DNA from: a phage
Sequence record: PZ445436.1
DNA length: 64,000 nucleotides
Strand: one strand, 5' to 3'
Shown: positions 32,770 to 42,686 of the stretch, one piece after another
Layout: each line of letters opens with the position of its first letter
Position numbering within the stretch: position 1 is the first letter of the stretch
Program-made: the position numbers and the translations under genes
Notes under the pieces: generated by a model
Told to the model about the DNA's origin: nothing
What the model saw: only the letters and a program-made list of their open reading frames with translations
Database searches by the model: none

Positions 32770-33037
32770 CTTCCAATTTCCTTAATTGATATTGCAAAGA
32801 GCTAATAATTTCTTCGTTCATTTTAGTATACATATCACGTAAGAAAGGTTTTAGTCCATCACGAATAATAGCTAATGTATCGCCTTTAGCTAAATTAATC
32901 AGATAAGGATGGTCCAAAGCATCCCAACCAGGTTGATTAGCATACATCCCGTAATCCTTTTCCATCATATGGTTAAGACGTTTAATTTCTTGAATACGAT
33001 TTTCAATAGCGTCTTTCTGGAGTTGTTTATTATTCAT
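32762..33037 (-). CDS. hypothetical protein
   Basis: 91-aa ORF. Confidence 0.5.
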   Translation of the reverse strand: MNNKQLQKDAIENRIQEIKRLNHMMEKDYGMYANQPGWDALDHPYLINLAKGDTLAIIRDGLKPFLRDMYTKMNEEIISSLQYQLRKLEDE

Positions 33038-33498
33038 TAGTAAAGGTCCTCAGAGTAAAGTTCTTTTTCACTACCACCACGTTCAATACGTACTTGTCCA
33101 GCGTAAGTTGCAATAATCATTGCTTCTTCACGTGTCCAATAATTACTATATTGGTCAATAAACCCTTGGTCATCATCACAAACTTGTTGAGTAACTAATT
33201 GAGGTTTAACTACATCTAAAACTTCGGCCATATCTTTAGAATAATGACGAGCACCTGGAATAATAAGAGTTCGTCCATCTTTTAATTTAAACCGATTAGC
33301 AGCACATACAATTCGTCGTTGATACTTTTGGTTTTCATCCCAGTACGCAGTCTGCCAACAGATTTCAGGAACTTCTTTCAGAATATCTTCTTCTGTGCAT
33401 TTATAACCATGCGCTTTAAATTTTTCAACAAGACTTTCTGGAGTTTCACGAGATAAAGGAACATTTAACATTTTTAAACGATTAATAAATGGGTTCAT
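33037..33498 (-). CDS. hypothetical protein
   Basis: 153-aa ORF. Confidence 0.5.
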   Translation of the reverse strand: MNPFINRLKMLNVPLSRETPESLVEKFKAHGYKCTEEDILKEVPEICWQTAYWDENQKYQRRIVCAANRFKLKDGRTLIIPGARHYSKDMAEVLDVVKPQLVTQQVCDDDQGFIDQYSNYWTREEAMIIATYAGQVRIERGGSEKELYSEDLY

Positions 33499-33824
33499 TT
33501 AAACCATCCTTTAATACGTTGCCACAAAGTTTTCTGCTGAGCTTTGTTAACACCAATTGAACGAATAACTGGTTGAGATTCCTGGAATTCTTTATAATCA
33601 GCAAGGTAAATTTCGTAAGCTGCATCCGTAAATGAACTTATCGCTGCCATAAAATTATTGCGAATACCTACTGGAGCATCTTTACTTTCACGAATAATCA
33701 TGTATTTACCAGTCTTAATCTTTACGATAGTTCCAAGATAAGCTCCATGATACCAGATGTCCCAACCCTCTTGAGTGGGTTCTGCGCAACGACGAAGTTC
33801 ATTAATAATTTCTAACTTGTTCAT
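33495..33824 (-). CDS. hypothetical protein
   Basis: 109-aa ORF. Confidence 0.5.
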   Translation of the reverse strand: MNKLEIINELRRCAEPTQEGWDIWYHGAYLGTIVKIKTGKYMIIRESKDAPVGIRNNFMAAISSFTDAAYEIYLADYKEFQESQPVIRSIGVNKAQQKTLWQRIKGWFK

Positions 33825-33834
33825 TATTTATTCC

Positions 33835-34470
33835 TCACAGTTCAGATGCTACAGTGATTACTGCTTCAATGTTTTCTGCCGAACGTTTAATGTCAAGATA
33901 CACATTACCGTTTTTAGCGATTTTACATGACATTCCGATGTCAGTAAATTTCTGAATATGATGTTCCATCATTTTGTATCCAAAAATTCGCATGTTTCCA
34001 TTGTTGTTAATTTCAAAATTACGAATTCCGTGAGTGCGTTTTTCTAAAATAGCGAGATAGTTACTGCGATAAGTTTCAACCTTTTTAAGAACAAATCCAT
34101 TTTCATCTAAAAGTTTTAACATGAGGTCTTTATCTTCTTCCATATCGGAAGTAATCTCACGAGCTTTACGAGTTGCTCGTTTTTTCAGCAGTTCCGGAGC
34201 ATTTTCTTGTGCGTATAAAGTTGCTGCATTTGAAATAATATCCTGAGCTTCACCTGTAATGATTAATCCATCACCAGATTTCTCCACCAAGCCTTTTTTA
34301 ATCAATACCCCAATATTACTATTAACTACTGCGTTACCTAAATCTGGATGCACCTCACGAACTTCTGCAGCTGTAATGAAATCTTTCTTAGCAATAGTAA
34401 TTAAAATCGCAGCAGTTTTTTCATTCAGAACATCGTTAGAAGCTTTGATGATGTAAGTTACTTTAGACAT
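33835..34470 (-). CDS. motA: MotA middle-transcription activator
   Basis: 211 aa, matches T4 MotA as recalled; early promoter and upstream terminator. Confidence 0.9.
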   Translation of the reverse strand: MSKVTYIIKASNDVLNEKTAAILITIAKKDFITAAEVREVHPDLGNAVVNSNIGVLIKKGLVEKSGDGLIITGEAQDIISNAATLYAQENAPELLKKRATRKAREITSDMEEDKDLMLKLLDENGFVLKKVETYRSNYLAILEKRTHGIRNFEINNNGNMRIFGYKMMEHHIQKFTDIGMSCKIAKNGNVYLDIKRSAENIEAVITVASEL

Positions 34471-34511
34471 TTTCTAATCTCCGTAATTCTGTATCAGTAG
34501 TTGATAGTTGT

Positions 34512-34541
34512 ATAGTACCACAGTATGCTTTGGTTGTAAAC
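34512..34541 (-). promoter_or_regulatory. T4 early-type promoter for motA
   Basis: GTTTAC, 18 nt, TGGTACTAT. Confidence 0.65.
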
Positions 34542-34571
34542 CGTTTTGTGAAATTTTTTTTTTTTTGAAAT

Positions 34572-34597
34572 AAAAAAGGGAGAGCCGAGGCTCTCCC
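34572..34597 (-). terminator. rho-independent terminator after gene 52 / small ORF
   Basis: GGGAGAGC-CUCG-GCUCUCCC followed by long U tract. Confidence 0.75.
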
Positions 34598-34602
34598 TAA
34601 AA

Positions 34603-34752
34603 TTACTGCATGACTGTGATAACTGTCATGATAACACGTTGAATTCCGAACGCAAGAAGACCTCCTGCTACGGCTGGAACAACACCTAAACCCGCCAGTA
34701 AAATGCTACCAGATACTAATGCAGCGCTTGTAATACCAATGAATGGACTCAT
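34603..34752 (-). CDS. possible 49-aa hydrophobic peptide (52.1-like by position)
   Basis: ATGA overlap with gene 52 stop; MSPFIGITSAALVSGSILLAGLGVVPAVAGGLLAFGIQRVIMTVITVMQ; terminator right after stop. Confidence 0.4.
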   Translation of the reverse strand: MSPFIGITSAALVSGSILLAGLGVVPAVAGGLLAFGIQRVIMTVITVMQ

Positions 34753-36077
34753 TTGATTTCCTCTAAATCTTTGGTGTATTCGGTAACTACATCAGTAGTT
34801 TTCCAATATTCATTTTCTTCTTTTTTAGCTTTAGCTTCTTCAGCAAGTTTCTTTGCTTCGTCGGAAGTCATATGAAAAATATTCATTCCAACTAATTTAT
34901 CAACATAAGAAGAATACATCTCAATTTTAGAAAGTTCTTCGGTCAGTTCTTTACGAGTTTTACCCTGTACAACAATTTCACCTGAAATTACTTTCTTAAT
35001 GAAATGCGCCTTGGCAAAGGCTAAACGAAAAGCTGACTCAGTTTCTTTAATTTTGTTATCAATTCGTTTTTGGACATAAGTTTTACGAACTTCGACGAAG
35101 TCTTTGATTAAATCAACTACGTTATCGTAAACTTGCAGTTTTCCTTTCTCATTAATAACCGTAATATTCTGAGAACGACGCTCAATCAACCCAAAGTCTT
35201 TCATAATTTTTGCATGGCGTTCTTCTTCGTTATCGCTCAAAGAATATTCTTTACGGAATTTAACTTTGAAGCCAAAGCCATGCTCACCACAAGCATCATC
35301 CCATGTAATGAAGCCTTTATCTTCAAGTGGGTCTAAGATTTTACTCACATAAGTTTCACGATCATACTTATACGGAATCTCAGTGATATTCATTTGAGTT
35401 CGTGAAGTAAACTTGTACGTTCCACGAATTTCATATTGACCGTCAATCTCAACGACTTCACCACGAAATTCTGGGAATTCTACCTTCGGTTTAGTTACTT
35501 TCTTTCCTTGAATAGCTTGCAGTACAGCTTTCTTGACAGAAGAAACACTATGAGGAAGAATGTAAGTTGCATAACCAGTTGCAATACCGGAAACGCCATT
35601 AAGAAGAACAGTAGGAATAATAGGCAAATAGAAAGCAGGCGGAATGTGTTCTTTATCTTGATGTACCGGAGCATATTCAGTATCTTTATACACGTTATAG
35701 AAATTTTTACTTATACGAGCAAAAATATAACGACTCGCCGCTGCCTTTTGAACGGTACGAGAACCAAAGTTTCCTTGACCATCTAACAGAGGAAAGTTAT
35801 TATTCCAAGTGTTAGCCATCAAAGCTCCCGCATCTTGCGCAGAGTTTTCGCCATGGTGATATCCAAGGTCCGCTACACCACCTGCGATAGAAGCGAGCTT
35901 ATGAAACTTATCTTTATTTCCTCGTGCCAAATCAAGAGCTCGAGCAATAACAAATCGTTGAACTGGCTTAAATCCATCAATCATATTTGGGATAGCACGA
36001 TTTTCAACCGTGTACATAGCATAAGCCAATGCTTCATTATCAATGATACTTTTTAAATCGCGATTATTCAGTTGCAT
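34749..36077 (-). CDS. 52: DNA topoisomerase II medium subunit gp52
   Basis: 442 aa; GyrA/ParC-like N-terminal breakage-reunion domain. Confidence 0.95.
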   Translation of the reverse strand: MQLNNRDLKSIIDNEALAYAMYTVENRAIPNMIDGFKPVQRFVIARALDLARGNKDKFHKLASIAGGVADLGYHHGENSAQDAGALMANTWNNNFPLLDGQGNFGSRTVQKAAASRYIFARISKNFYNVYKDTEYAPVHQDKEHIPPAFYLPIIPTVLLNGVSGIATGYATYILPHSVSSVKKAVLQAIQGKKVTKPKVEFPEFRGEVVEIDGQYEIRGTYKFTSRTQMNITEIPYKYDRETYVSKILDPLEDKGFITWDDACGEHGFGFKVKFRKEYSLSDNEEERHAKIMKDFGLIERRSQNITVINEKGKLQVYDNVVDLIKDFVEVRKTYVQKRIDNKIKETESAFRLAFAKAHFIKKVISGEIVVQGKTRKELTEELSKIEMYSSYVDKLVGMNIFHMTSDEAKKLAEEAKAKKEENEYWKTTDVVTEYTKDLEEIK

Positions 36078-36081
36078 AAAT

Positions 36082-36222
36082 TTACCATACTAGTGAATGT
36101 AGTGCCATAATAACATCAGAAATGAAAAGCACGACTTGAATTAATCCGAACATTATTCCGTAATATAACGCTATCAATAAAATAGCAAGGGCTAATGAAT
36201 AGCCCAAGATTTTCTTAATCAT
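36082..36222 (-). CDS. possible 46-aa membrane peptide
   Basis: MIKKILGYSLALAILLIALYYGIMFGLIQVVLFISDVIMALHSLVW; overlaps neighbour by 8 nt. Confidence 0.35.
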   Translation of the reverse strand: MIKKILGYSLALAILLIALYYGIMFGLIQVVLFISDVIMALHSLVW

Positions 36223-36370
36223 TAGATAACAACACAAATGTTAAATATGCACACATACCCTGAGCTAAAGCTTGCGAAAACACACTGCTGGCATCGATAC
36301 AGATAGTTAAAACACATGCTACTATCCAACAAATAAATGAAATAACTCCTAATAATTTTGCGATATTCAT
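36215..36370 (-). CDS. possible 51-aa membrane peptide (ac-like by size and position)
   Basis: GAGGAAAAT SD then ATG 36368-36370; MNIAKLLGVISFICWIVACVLTICIDASSVFSQALAQGMCAYLTFVLLSND. Confidence 0.4.
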   Translation of the reverse strand: MNIAKLLGVISFICWIVACVLTICIDASSVFSQALAQGMCAYLTFVLLSND

Positions 36371-36377
36371 ATTTTCC

Positions 36378-36458
36378 TCACTGGCGTCCGAAGACGCCTT
36401 TAGTTTTAAGATTATTACGATAGAACTGCATCACGTGTTCGTTGTGGAAATTACTCAT
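36378..36458 (-). CDS. stp: Stp peptide (26 aa)
   Basis: Encodes [26 protein letters not shown], matching T4 Stp as recalled; 1-nt overlap with ndd stop. Confidence 0.8.
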
Positions 36459-36916
36459 TAATATGCCTGCAAAACGAATTTAAAATTATCAGCCAACATA
36501 CGGTTCATTTCTTCAAGTGTTTGATACTCAGAATGATGATTACGAGTAAACGCCAAAGCTAACTGACCTTTTCCAAATCCCGTCGTCAGAGGTTTCATCT
36601 TAGAAGCAGGCAGATAAAATACTGTGTATGGAACATTGTTATTTGCAATAGTACGTGCAAGCTGAGACCGACGTTGACGAATATGACTTAGAACTGCACT
36701 GAATCCTTGCTTAGAACGCTGATTACCTACATAAAATCGTGCAGACACACATGGATTACTAAATGGACGACCATCTAATTTACTTACTAAAAAGTAAAAT
36801 CCAGGTTTAGACAAAATGTCTTTGTGCGGAGTTCCCAAAAACCATTCACCGCCCTTGATTGTACCAATAACAGTTGCGCCTGCATTGTTCAGATCAGTAA
36901 CAGTCATGTATTTCAT
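36458..36916 (-). CDS. ndd: Ndd nucleoid disruption protein
   Basis: 152 aa from ATG 36914-36916 ([18 protein letters not shown]...) with GAGGAAA SD. Confidence 0.85.
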
Positions 36917-36976
36917 ATTAATTTCCTCTAAATTATTTTCTACTCCAAGGCCGCATGAATACACGCGGCCATTAAA

Positions 36977-37192
36977 TTAATCGTCGCAGTCGACGCTCAA
37001 TTCCCAAAACTCTTCTACGGTATAAGTTTCAGTATCATTTTCAATACAGAAACGTTCATTACTATTGTTTGCTAAAGTAGCATTAACTGTCATTTTTTCG
37101 CTAGTGCTCTTAAGAGGTGAAATGCGAATTAACTGATCACCATTATCTAAACAAAAAATTTCACCAACTTTTACATCTTTAAAAATTTTCAT
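36977..37192 (-). CDS. hypothetical protein
   Basis: 71-aa ORF, GAGGTGA SD. Confidence 0.5.
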   Translation of the reverse strand: MKIFKDVKVGEIFCLDNGDQLIRISPLKSTSEKMTVNATLANNSNERFCIENDTETYTVEEFWELSVDCDD

Positions 37193-37200
37193 AATTCACC

Positions 37201-37308
37201 TCAAGGAGTATAAAATCCGAATGCAGTTGTTGACCATCCCATCCAATATGGAAAATTTGCACCAATGTAAAACATAAGAATATAAAACCAAATGTTTAGT
37301 AAATTCAT
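37201..37308 (-). CDS. possible 35-aa hydrophobic peptide
   Basis: MNLLNIWFYILMFYIGANFPYWMGWSTTAFGFYTP; start shares 1 nt with upstream stop. Confidence 0.35.
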   Translation of the reverse strand: MNLLNIWFYILMFYIGANFPYWMGWSTTAFGFYTP

Positions 37309-37526
37309 TATTTTACACCATTCCAAATTGTTTCAACCACAGATTTTAAACCATTTTGATGAATATCAATTCCGACTACTGTCATCAAATAGATTCCAAC
37401 TACAACTGAACCCAAGGCAAAAATCAGCATGAAAATGAATAAAGCCGGAAAAATATTATCGAAAAACCATTCAATAAATGTAAAAGCACTGCGTTTACGC
37501 TTCATATTTTCCTCACATAAATCCAA
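37308..37526 (-). CDS. small membrane protein
   Basis: 72-aa ORF with central TM helix. Confidence 0.5.
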   Translation of the reverse strand: MDLCEENMKRKRSAFTFIEWFFDNIFPALFIFMLIFALGSVVVGIYLMTVVGIDIHQNGLKSVVETIWNGVK

Positions 37527-37626
37527 AGTAAACGTTTAATACATCAATCATTAAAACGATTGGGAATATACTCAAAACTATTAGTATTATAACTACATTC
37601 CATATAGCTTTAACAATCTTTTTCAT
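37513..37626 (-). CDS. 37-aa membrane peptide
   Basis: GGAGGA SD then ATG 37624-37626; promoter at 37655-37684 lies inside the longer track ORF 37513..37761. Confidence 0.45.
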   Translation of the reverse strand: MKKIVKAIWNVVIILIVLSIFPIVLMIDVLNVYFGFM

Positions 37627-37654
37627 TTTCTGTTCCTCCGTAGTTGATAGGGTA

Positions 37655-37684
37655 ATAGTACCACGGAAGAACAGTCTTGTAAAC
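37655..37684 (-). promoter_or_regulatory. T4 early-type promoter
   Basis: GTTTAC, 18 nt, TACTAT; conserved downstream block CAACTATCAACTACGGAGGA. Confidence 0.6.
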
Positions 37685-37691
37685 AACTTTT

Positions 37692-37790
37692 TTAAAAATA
37701 TTCGTAATAAATGTGAATACCAACTACTACCGCTGAAACCTGTGCAACCCACCACGCACAAGCAATAAGTACAGAATTCAAAATTTTCAT
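37692..37790 (-). CDS. possible 32-aa membrane peptide
   Basis: GAGG SD; MKILNSVLIACAWWVAQVSAVVVGIHIYYEYF. Confidence 0.35.
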   Translation of the reverse strand: MKILNSVLIACAWWVAQVSAVVVGIHIYYEYF

Positions 37791-37873
37791 AATAACCTCA
37801 TCACAAAAGTAAATGTTAAACAAATTAATGGAATACTAATTAACCAAACAAAACACCACCATAATGAACTCAT
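37787..37873 (-). CDS. possible 28-aa hydrophobic peptide
   Basis: ATGA overlaps at both ends; MSSLWWCFVWLISIPLICLTFTFVMRLL. Confidence 0.3.
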   Translation of the reverse strand: MSSLWWCFVWLISIPLICLTFTFVMRLL

Positions 37874-38133
37874 AGTTCAATCTCAATGATTTCCAGGTGT
37901 TTTTGTTTTATTGCCTTTTTAACACAATCATGGACTAAATATGACCATGAATCATTATATTCTCCATTAACTAATCGTTGGAGATCTTCACGTGATGATA
38001 AGTAAGGTTGATCTGATTCCCATTTTGATAAAAATACTGCAGTAAAAATATCTCCTTCACCTGTAGTTGAAGTCGTAAATGCAATAAATTCACCGGTAAT
38101 TTTATGTTTAGCGTAATAAAATTTAAATTTCAT
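37870..38133 (-). CDS. hypothetical protein
   Basis: 87 aa from ATG 38131-38133 with GGAGGAG SD; early promoter lies inside the longer track ORF. Confidence 0.5.
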   Translation of the reverse strand: MKFKFYYAKHKITGEFIAFTTSTTGEGDIFTAVFLSKWESDQPYLSSREDLQRLVNGEYNDSWSYLVHDCVKKAIKQKHLEIIEIEL

Positions 38134-38160
38134 TTTTACTCCTCCGTAGCTGATAGTTGT

Positions 38161-38190
38161 ATAGTACCACGGTCCTTGTGGTATGTAAAC
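38161..38190 (-). promoter_or_regulatory. T4 early-type promoter
   Basis: GTTTAC, 18 nt, TGGTACTAT; same conserved downstream block. Confidence 0.6.
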
Positions 38191-38207
38191 CATTTTGTGA
38201 AATTTTT

Positions 38208-38765
38208 TTAAATGGAAAGATACCATCCGTTGTAGTTGCTTTTTCTTACAACCTTACGAAGGTCTTCTCTGTCACCGATGAACTTCGGAGTGTACTGGAT
38301 GACACCTGGATGAATTTCTTTAGTGTTGAATATAATTATACAGTCAGCGACTTGATGATTTAGAATGGGCCCTAGATTTATTCCAGAACCGTATGGATAC
38401 TCTCCGCTGCATCCTGTTGTTACAGAAATCCAACGTGAGTCAGTTTGGTGTGTCTTAACTTCTACACGAAGCCCGCAGTATCTTGGATGCGCCAATACAT
38501 CCCATGCGTATGTATACGGGTCATTAACATCCTCTTGGCCTTTATTAACATACCCGCTTAACCAATCTGCTACAAAAAATTCTGCGTACACAGCGATACG
38601 ACATCTTTCAATAACTTCTGCTTTATCCTGGTTCGGGTTTTGTTTTAAAGAGTATCTTGCTGTATCAGCAATTTTGACCTTCATTTCACTAGTCAAGTCA
38701 CTGTTCGATAGGGTAAATGTCGGAATCTGAAATAGTCTCTGTAAACCCGGATTCGTTTTCTGCAT
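38208..38765 (-). CDS. denB: endonuclease IV
   Basis: 185 aa, T4 DenB length and position upstream of ndd cluster; AAGGAAAG SD. Confidence 0.75.
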   Translation of the reverse strand: MQKTNPGLQRLFQIPTFTLSNSDLTSEMKVKIADTARYSLKQNPNQDKAEVIERCRIAVYAEFFVADWLSGYVNKGQEDVNDPYTYAWDVLAHPRYCGLRVEVKTHQTDSRWISVTTGCSGEYPYGSGINLGPILNHQVADCIIIFNTKEIHPGVIQYTPKFIGDREDLRKVVRKSNYNGWYLSI

Positions 38766-39027
38766 TTAGACTTTCCTTTTTACCACTGAGATAGGCGTTA
38801 TATACTTTAAGAGTGCCATAATAAATTCGGTCATTTTCATCTAAAGACTCGCGGTCAAGTTCATCGAGCTCCTTTTTATCCATGACTATAACATCATTAC
38901 AGTAAAGAAACCCAAGTTTTTCGTGACCAAACTCAAATTTATTACAGTACACAATATTAGCGTGATGATTTCCGTGCAGTTTAATCTCTTTTATGTCGGA
39001 ATCACCGATATTCATACAATAAATCAT
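38698..39027 (-). CDS. hypothetical protein
   Basis: 109-aa ORF, overlaps denB start by 68 nt. Confidence 0.45.
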   Translation of the reverse strand: MIYCMNIGDSDIKEIKLHGNHHANIVYCNKFEFGHEKLGFLYCNDVIVMDKKELDELDRESLDENDRIYYGTLKVYNAYLSGKKESLNAENESGFTETISDSDIYPIEQ

Positions 39028-39038
39028 AATTTTTCCTT

Positions 39039-39068
39039 AAAACAAAAGGGCCGAAGCCCTTTTGTTTT
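39039..39068 (-). other. long intercistronic hairpin (13-bp stem, UUCG loop)
   Basis: AAAACAAAAGGGC-UUCG-GCCCUUUUGUUUU overlapping upstream stop codon, followed by AAGGA SD. Confidence 0.6.
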
Positions 39069-39261
39069 ACTTGAATTGTGCAATTCTTTTCTCTAGACAT
39101 TCAGCATAAGATTTCATTGAGATGAACTGTGAAAGTAGCAGTTCTTGCTCAACTGCACTAACTGTTAGAAACTTTGCGCTTTCTAAAAATTTACTCAGTG
39201 CATTAATTTTGAGCATTAATTGATCGTATTCTTCTTTTACTCGTGCTTGATAACCTAACAT
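39067..39261 (-). CDS. hypothetical protein
   Basis: 64-aa ORF flanked by CUUCGG hairpins. Confidence 0.45.
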   Translation of the reverse strand: MLGYQARVKEEYDQLMLKINALSKFLESAKFLTVSAVEQELLLSQFISMKSYAECLEKRIAQFK

Positions 39262-39275
39262 AATTTTCCTTAGTT

Positions 39276-39291
39276 AAGGGCCGAAGCCCTT
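39276..39291 (-). other. CUUCGG hairpin immediately after rIIB stop
   Basis: AAGGGC-UUCG-GCCCUU then SD of next ORF. Confidence 0.6.
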
Positions 39292-40228
39292 ATTTAAATT
39301 GTTCAGTAACGTCTTCAACTACTTCGTATTGGCAGGTACGCATTTTAGCATCGTTGTAATCAATCGGAATTGATACTACATCACGCGGATGTACTTTAAC
39401 TTTTACGACTCGGCTGGTTGAACTGCCAAAGTGACGAATATAAGATTTAGAACACACATGCAGACCACGAGAACAAGTTTGTGTATCATCGTCATTCACA
39501 CGAGTACGCGGCATTTTAACTACTTTACCAGGACTGTTATCAAAGGTGTTTGAGTGACAGTCAAAGTAGTTGTCACGAACTACTTTCCAAGCATAGAAGT
39601 AACCATCTTCTGTAATTTCAATATCGTTTGCTACCAAGAAATCAAAGAGTCGAGATACCGCTTTTTGGCTTGGGTTTTCCAACAGATTTTCCAAGAACGG
39701 AAAATAAAATTCAAAGTTTTCGCCTTTTTCCATCGAGTCAAGAATACGATCAACCAAACCAGACCGCAATTCAATATTTTGATAGAACAAGCTTCCACCT
39801 TCAATTCGAACATCGCCGGAAATATATTTTTCAACAGCACGACGAACATTAATTTTTTGTGCCGCTTCTTCCAGCTTATCTGCTACAAGCAGATTAAGAA
39901 TTTCCTGGAAGTTTGAATGAGTATTAGGAGTTGCGTTATAAGTTACACCGTCAACAGTAATTGAAATGAATTTTTTAGATGCATTCCAAATAATGTCAGA
40001 TTTAGCAACTGGAGCAATAACTGCATCGCTATTAACTTTAATTGTAATATCACCGCTAATAGTAACTTTAGAGCGTTTAGCTTCTTCAGCATTTTTCAAA
40101 ACACGACGAATTGTGTCAACCGATACACCTTGCCAATCAGCCAATTCCTGTTGGGTGTAATTACCACTTGAATACAGCTTAACAATTTCAGCTTGTTCGT
40201 TTTTGGTCAGGCATTTAATATTGTACAT
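39290..40228 (-). CDS. rIIB: rIIB rapid-lysis protein
   Basis: 312 aa, matches T4 rIIB as recalled. Confidence 0.9.
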   Translation of the reverse strand: MYNIKCLTKNEQAEIVKLYSSGNYTQQELADWQGVSVDTIRRVLKNAEEAKRSKVTISGDITIKVNSDAVIAPVAKSDIIWNASKKFISITVDGVTYNATPNTHSNFQEILNLLVADKLEEAAQKINVRRAVEKYISGDVRIEGGSLFYQNIELRSGLVDRILDSMEKGENFEFYFPFLENLLENPSQKAVSRLFDFLVANDIEITEDGYFYAWKVVRDNYFDCHSNTFDNSPGKVVKMPRTRVNDDDTQTCSRGLHVCSKSYIRHFGSSTSRVVKVKVHPRDVVSIPIDYNDAKMRTCQYEVVEDVTEQFK

Positions 40229-40239
40229 AATTTTCCTTA

Positions 40240-42417
40240 TTAGGCCGCAAGGGCCTTCATAGTTTTAGCGATTTGGGAAACTTCATCATCACTTAAAGAG
40301 TTGCGATAACCGATGAAGTCGGAAACAATACGGAATTTCTTGGTAAACTCAGCAACCATTTTATCACTGTTTTTTGAAGCATTATTTGATAGTACATCAA
40401 AAAGATTAGTTACTGTCCAGATGTCATGACCGATGGTATCTTTTCCACCATTAAAATATACGCCGCGCAATGAACTAACTATATTAGCGAGTCGTGTATA
40501 TTCTTCAGAAACTTCATCTGTACTGAAGTACTTCATCATAAAATCTAGTTCAGGATACTTAATAATTTTATCAATATATCGTTGAGCTGAACTTGAATAA
40601 CCTACATACTTATCATAATCTACATCATCAAAAGCATCTACATATAAATCACGCAAAGCTTCAAAAATACATTGGCACTGACCGAGTTCTTTTACCTTTT
40701 TCTGTAAAAGCGGACGAATAACATAAAATTCATTAATGCCAATAAGATTAGCCATACGAATCAAAATATTCATAGATGGATGACAAAGCGATGTAGTACC
40801 ATCCATAGAGAAAATATCAGAACGATGCATATACGCTACATAACCAGTAATTTCATCTGCTTCTGACGTGAGTGTAAATAGTTCCTCTTTTTCCCATCGC
40901 CCATCTTTAATTTCAAATTTAAATGCTGTAGCAGCTTTAGGACGAGGAGCTTTACTTTTAACTACCTTTGGAATATAGCTTTTAACTAAAGCTTCAATTT
41001 CTGACAAATAATGAATGTTAACTTCATCACTTTCAAACATTGCCATAATATCAGGTAGTAAATCAATCTGCGATTCTACTTCCGGATTAATAAACAGAAG
41101 ACGCTCATTGTGATGAATATTTAAGGTGTTATTAAATTCACTATCATCTAATGCACGTGCTAATCCACGGACAATATTAACACGATTTTTAATATTATCA
41201 ATAACAATATTAATTTTTGTCGTATTAATACCAAACAGACGATAACTTGATGCAACGGCTGAAGTTTCATGACTTTGCTTAATACGCTTCAGTCGAGGGT
41301 CAAGATTTACTTCATACACCACGCCTGCATTACATAACTTACTGTCAGGTTCAAACATGCTCTGCATTTTCTTATATGACAGATTTTTAGTCGTGAATTT
41401 GACTGAATTACTAATCATATAATCTCGAGCAGAATACCCCATCTTCATCAATTCACGATATGTATGACGAGGAGATGTAGATTCTTTAAATCGTTTTACA
41501 TCTTCATTAAATGCTTTCTCACTGAGTTCTTTAACTCGTTCAATAATATTTTTACGAGTACGATCATCTAGTGAAAGAGCCTCACGAGATGGAGCAATAT
41601 CAAGTGAACCCATTGGAAACTTAATGTAATTCACTTCATTGCGGATGCTTAGCCAGTTACGGTCTCTAATAACACCATCGATAGGATAAACAATACCGCC
41701 ATAGATAGCATATAATCCACCACGATCTGGCCAGTATCTTTCTGGATTTACGCCATAATAATCATCAAAATCCGGAAAATAATCAATTTCGCGGTCAAGA
41801 CCATTAATGATAGCCAAATCTTTGAACGGTCGCATGATATAAGAAACTTCATAAGCAAAGTTTCTAAAGTCTTTTTCTTCAACTGGAACTACGATTTCAA
41901 TACCAGTTTTATCATCTGGACCCATTTCTTTTACGAATGTAGGTTTAATCTGTGGGCCATCACCATCCATGTAAGCTACATAACCACGAATTTCACCTTT
42001 ATGATACGAAGTAATACTAAACGTATCAGTATAACTAAACGGAGATTTAGAACCTAAACCAAATCCGCCAATGAAATCGTTAGATTCAGCCTTAGATGAA
42101 CTGAAGTATGAATTATACAGTCCAGGAGAATTATCATCACCCTGAATATCAAAATCACTCATACCCGGACCAAAATCTCGGCAAACAAATCGCGGGTCTA
42201 ATCGTCCTGGAACTTGAATGATAAATTTTTCAGGATTTCCATTGAGAGCATGGGCATCAATCATGTTAGTAATCAATTCACGAACTACTGCGCGAATCTT
42301 GTTTGTATACAAATCAGATGACAGAATTTTAAATACTTTAGGAGACGCTGTGATGCTAAATGCTTTTGATTTAGAACCATTACCAAGAATTGTTTCTTTT
42401 TCAGTGGTGATAATCAT
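40240..42417 (-). CDS. rIIA: rIIA rapid-lysis protein
   Basis: 725 aa, T4 rIIA length; N-terminal GHKL-type ATPase-like region. Confidence 0.95.
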   Translation of the reverse strand: MIITTEKETILGNGSKSKAFSITASPKVFKILSSDLYTNKIRAVVRELITNMIDAHALNGNPEKFIIQVPGRLDPRFVCRDFGPGMSDFDIQGDDNSPGLYNSYFSSSKAESNDFIGGFGLGSKSPFSYTDTFSITSYHKGEIRGYVAYMDGDGPQIKPTFVKEMGPDDKTGIEIVVPVEEKDFRNFAYEVSYIMRPFKDLAIINGLDREIDYFPDFDDYYGVNPERYWPDRGGLYAIYGGIVYPIDGVIRDRNWLSIRNEVNYIKFPMGSLDIAPSREALSLDDRTRKNIIERVKELSEKAFNEDVKRFKESTSPRHTYRELMKMGYSARDYMISNSVKFTTKNLSYKKMQSMFEPDSKLCNAGVVYEVNLDPRLKRIKQSHETSAVASSYRLFGINTTKINIVIDNIKNRVNIVRGLARALDDSEFNNTLNIHHNERLLFINPEVESQIDLLPDIMAMFESDEVNIHYLSEIEALVKSYIPKVVKSKAPRPKAATAFKFEIKDGRWEKEELFTLTSEADEITGYVAYMHRSDIFSMDGTTSLCHPSMNILIRMANLIGINEFYVIRPLLQKKVKELGQCQCIFEALRDLYVDAFDDVDYDKYVGYSSSAQRYIDKIIKYPELDFMMKYFSTDEVSEEYTRLANIVSSLRGVYFNGGKDTIGHDIWTVTNLFDVLSNNASKNSDKMVAEFTKKFRIVSDFIGYRNSLSDDEVSQIAKTMKALAA

Positions 42418-42427
42418 AATTTCCTCA

Positions 42428-42631
42428 TTAATTCATATTACGCTTAATAACTTCAGCAACTTCTAGTAGTTCATCTTTAGTTGCGGTGTCGGATTGAATT
42501 TTATCTCTAATATCTTTAAAGCGGTTTTTAAATTCTTCGGCTTCTCCCATATCGAAAAAGCGTTGAATGATTCTATATTCTCGATGAACTGCTTTATCAA
42601 AAAGCTCTAAATTTACTTTATATGATTTCAT
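42428..42631 (-). CDS. hypothetical protein (rIIA.1-like by position)
   Basis: 67-aa ORF; early promoter upstream. Confidence 0.5.
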   Translation of the reverse strand: MKSYKVNLELFDKAVHREYRIIQRFFDMGEAEEFKNRFKDIRDKIQSDTATKDELLEVAEVIKRNMN

Positions 42632-42656
42632 TTCAATATCCTCATTTGCCCAATTA

Positions 42657-42686
42657 ATTATACCACATCCTTGTGGTAAAGTAAAC
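42657..42686 (-). promoter_or_regulatory. T4 early-type promoter (rIIA.1/rIIA transcription unit)
   Basis: GTTTAC, 18 nt, TGGTATAAT. Confidence 0.65.

Noticed and set aside
37513-37761. Long forms of track ORFs 37513-37761, 37870-38226, 47426-47977 and 17986-18339
   Set aside because: Each N-terminal extension contains a well-formed early promoter and the internal ATG has a strong SD; shorter forms preferred.
39554-39916. Plus-strand ORFs inside rIIB (also 39628-39852, 39966-40160)
   Set aside because: Antisense to a well-supported gene; low-complexity translation.
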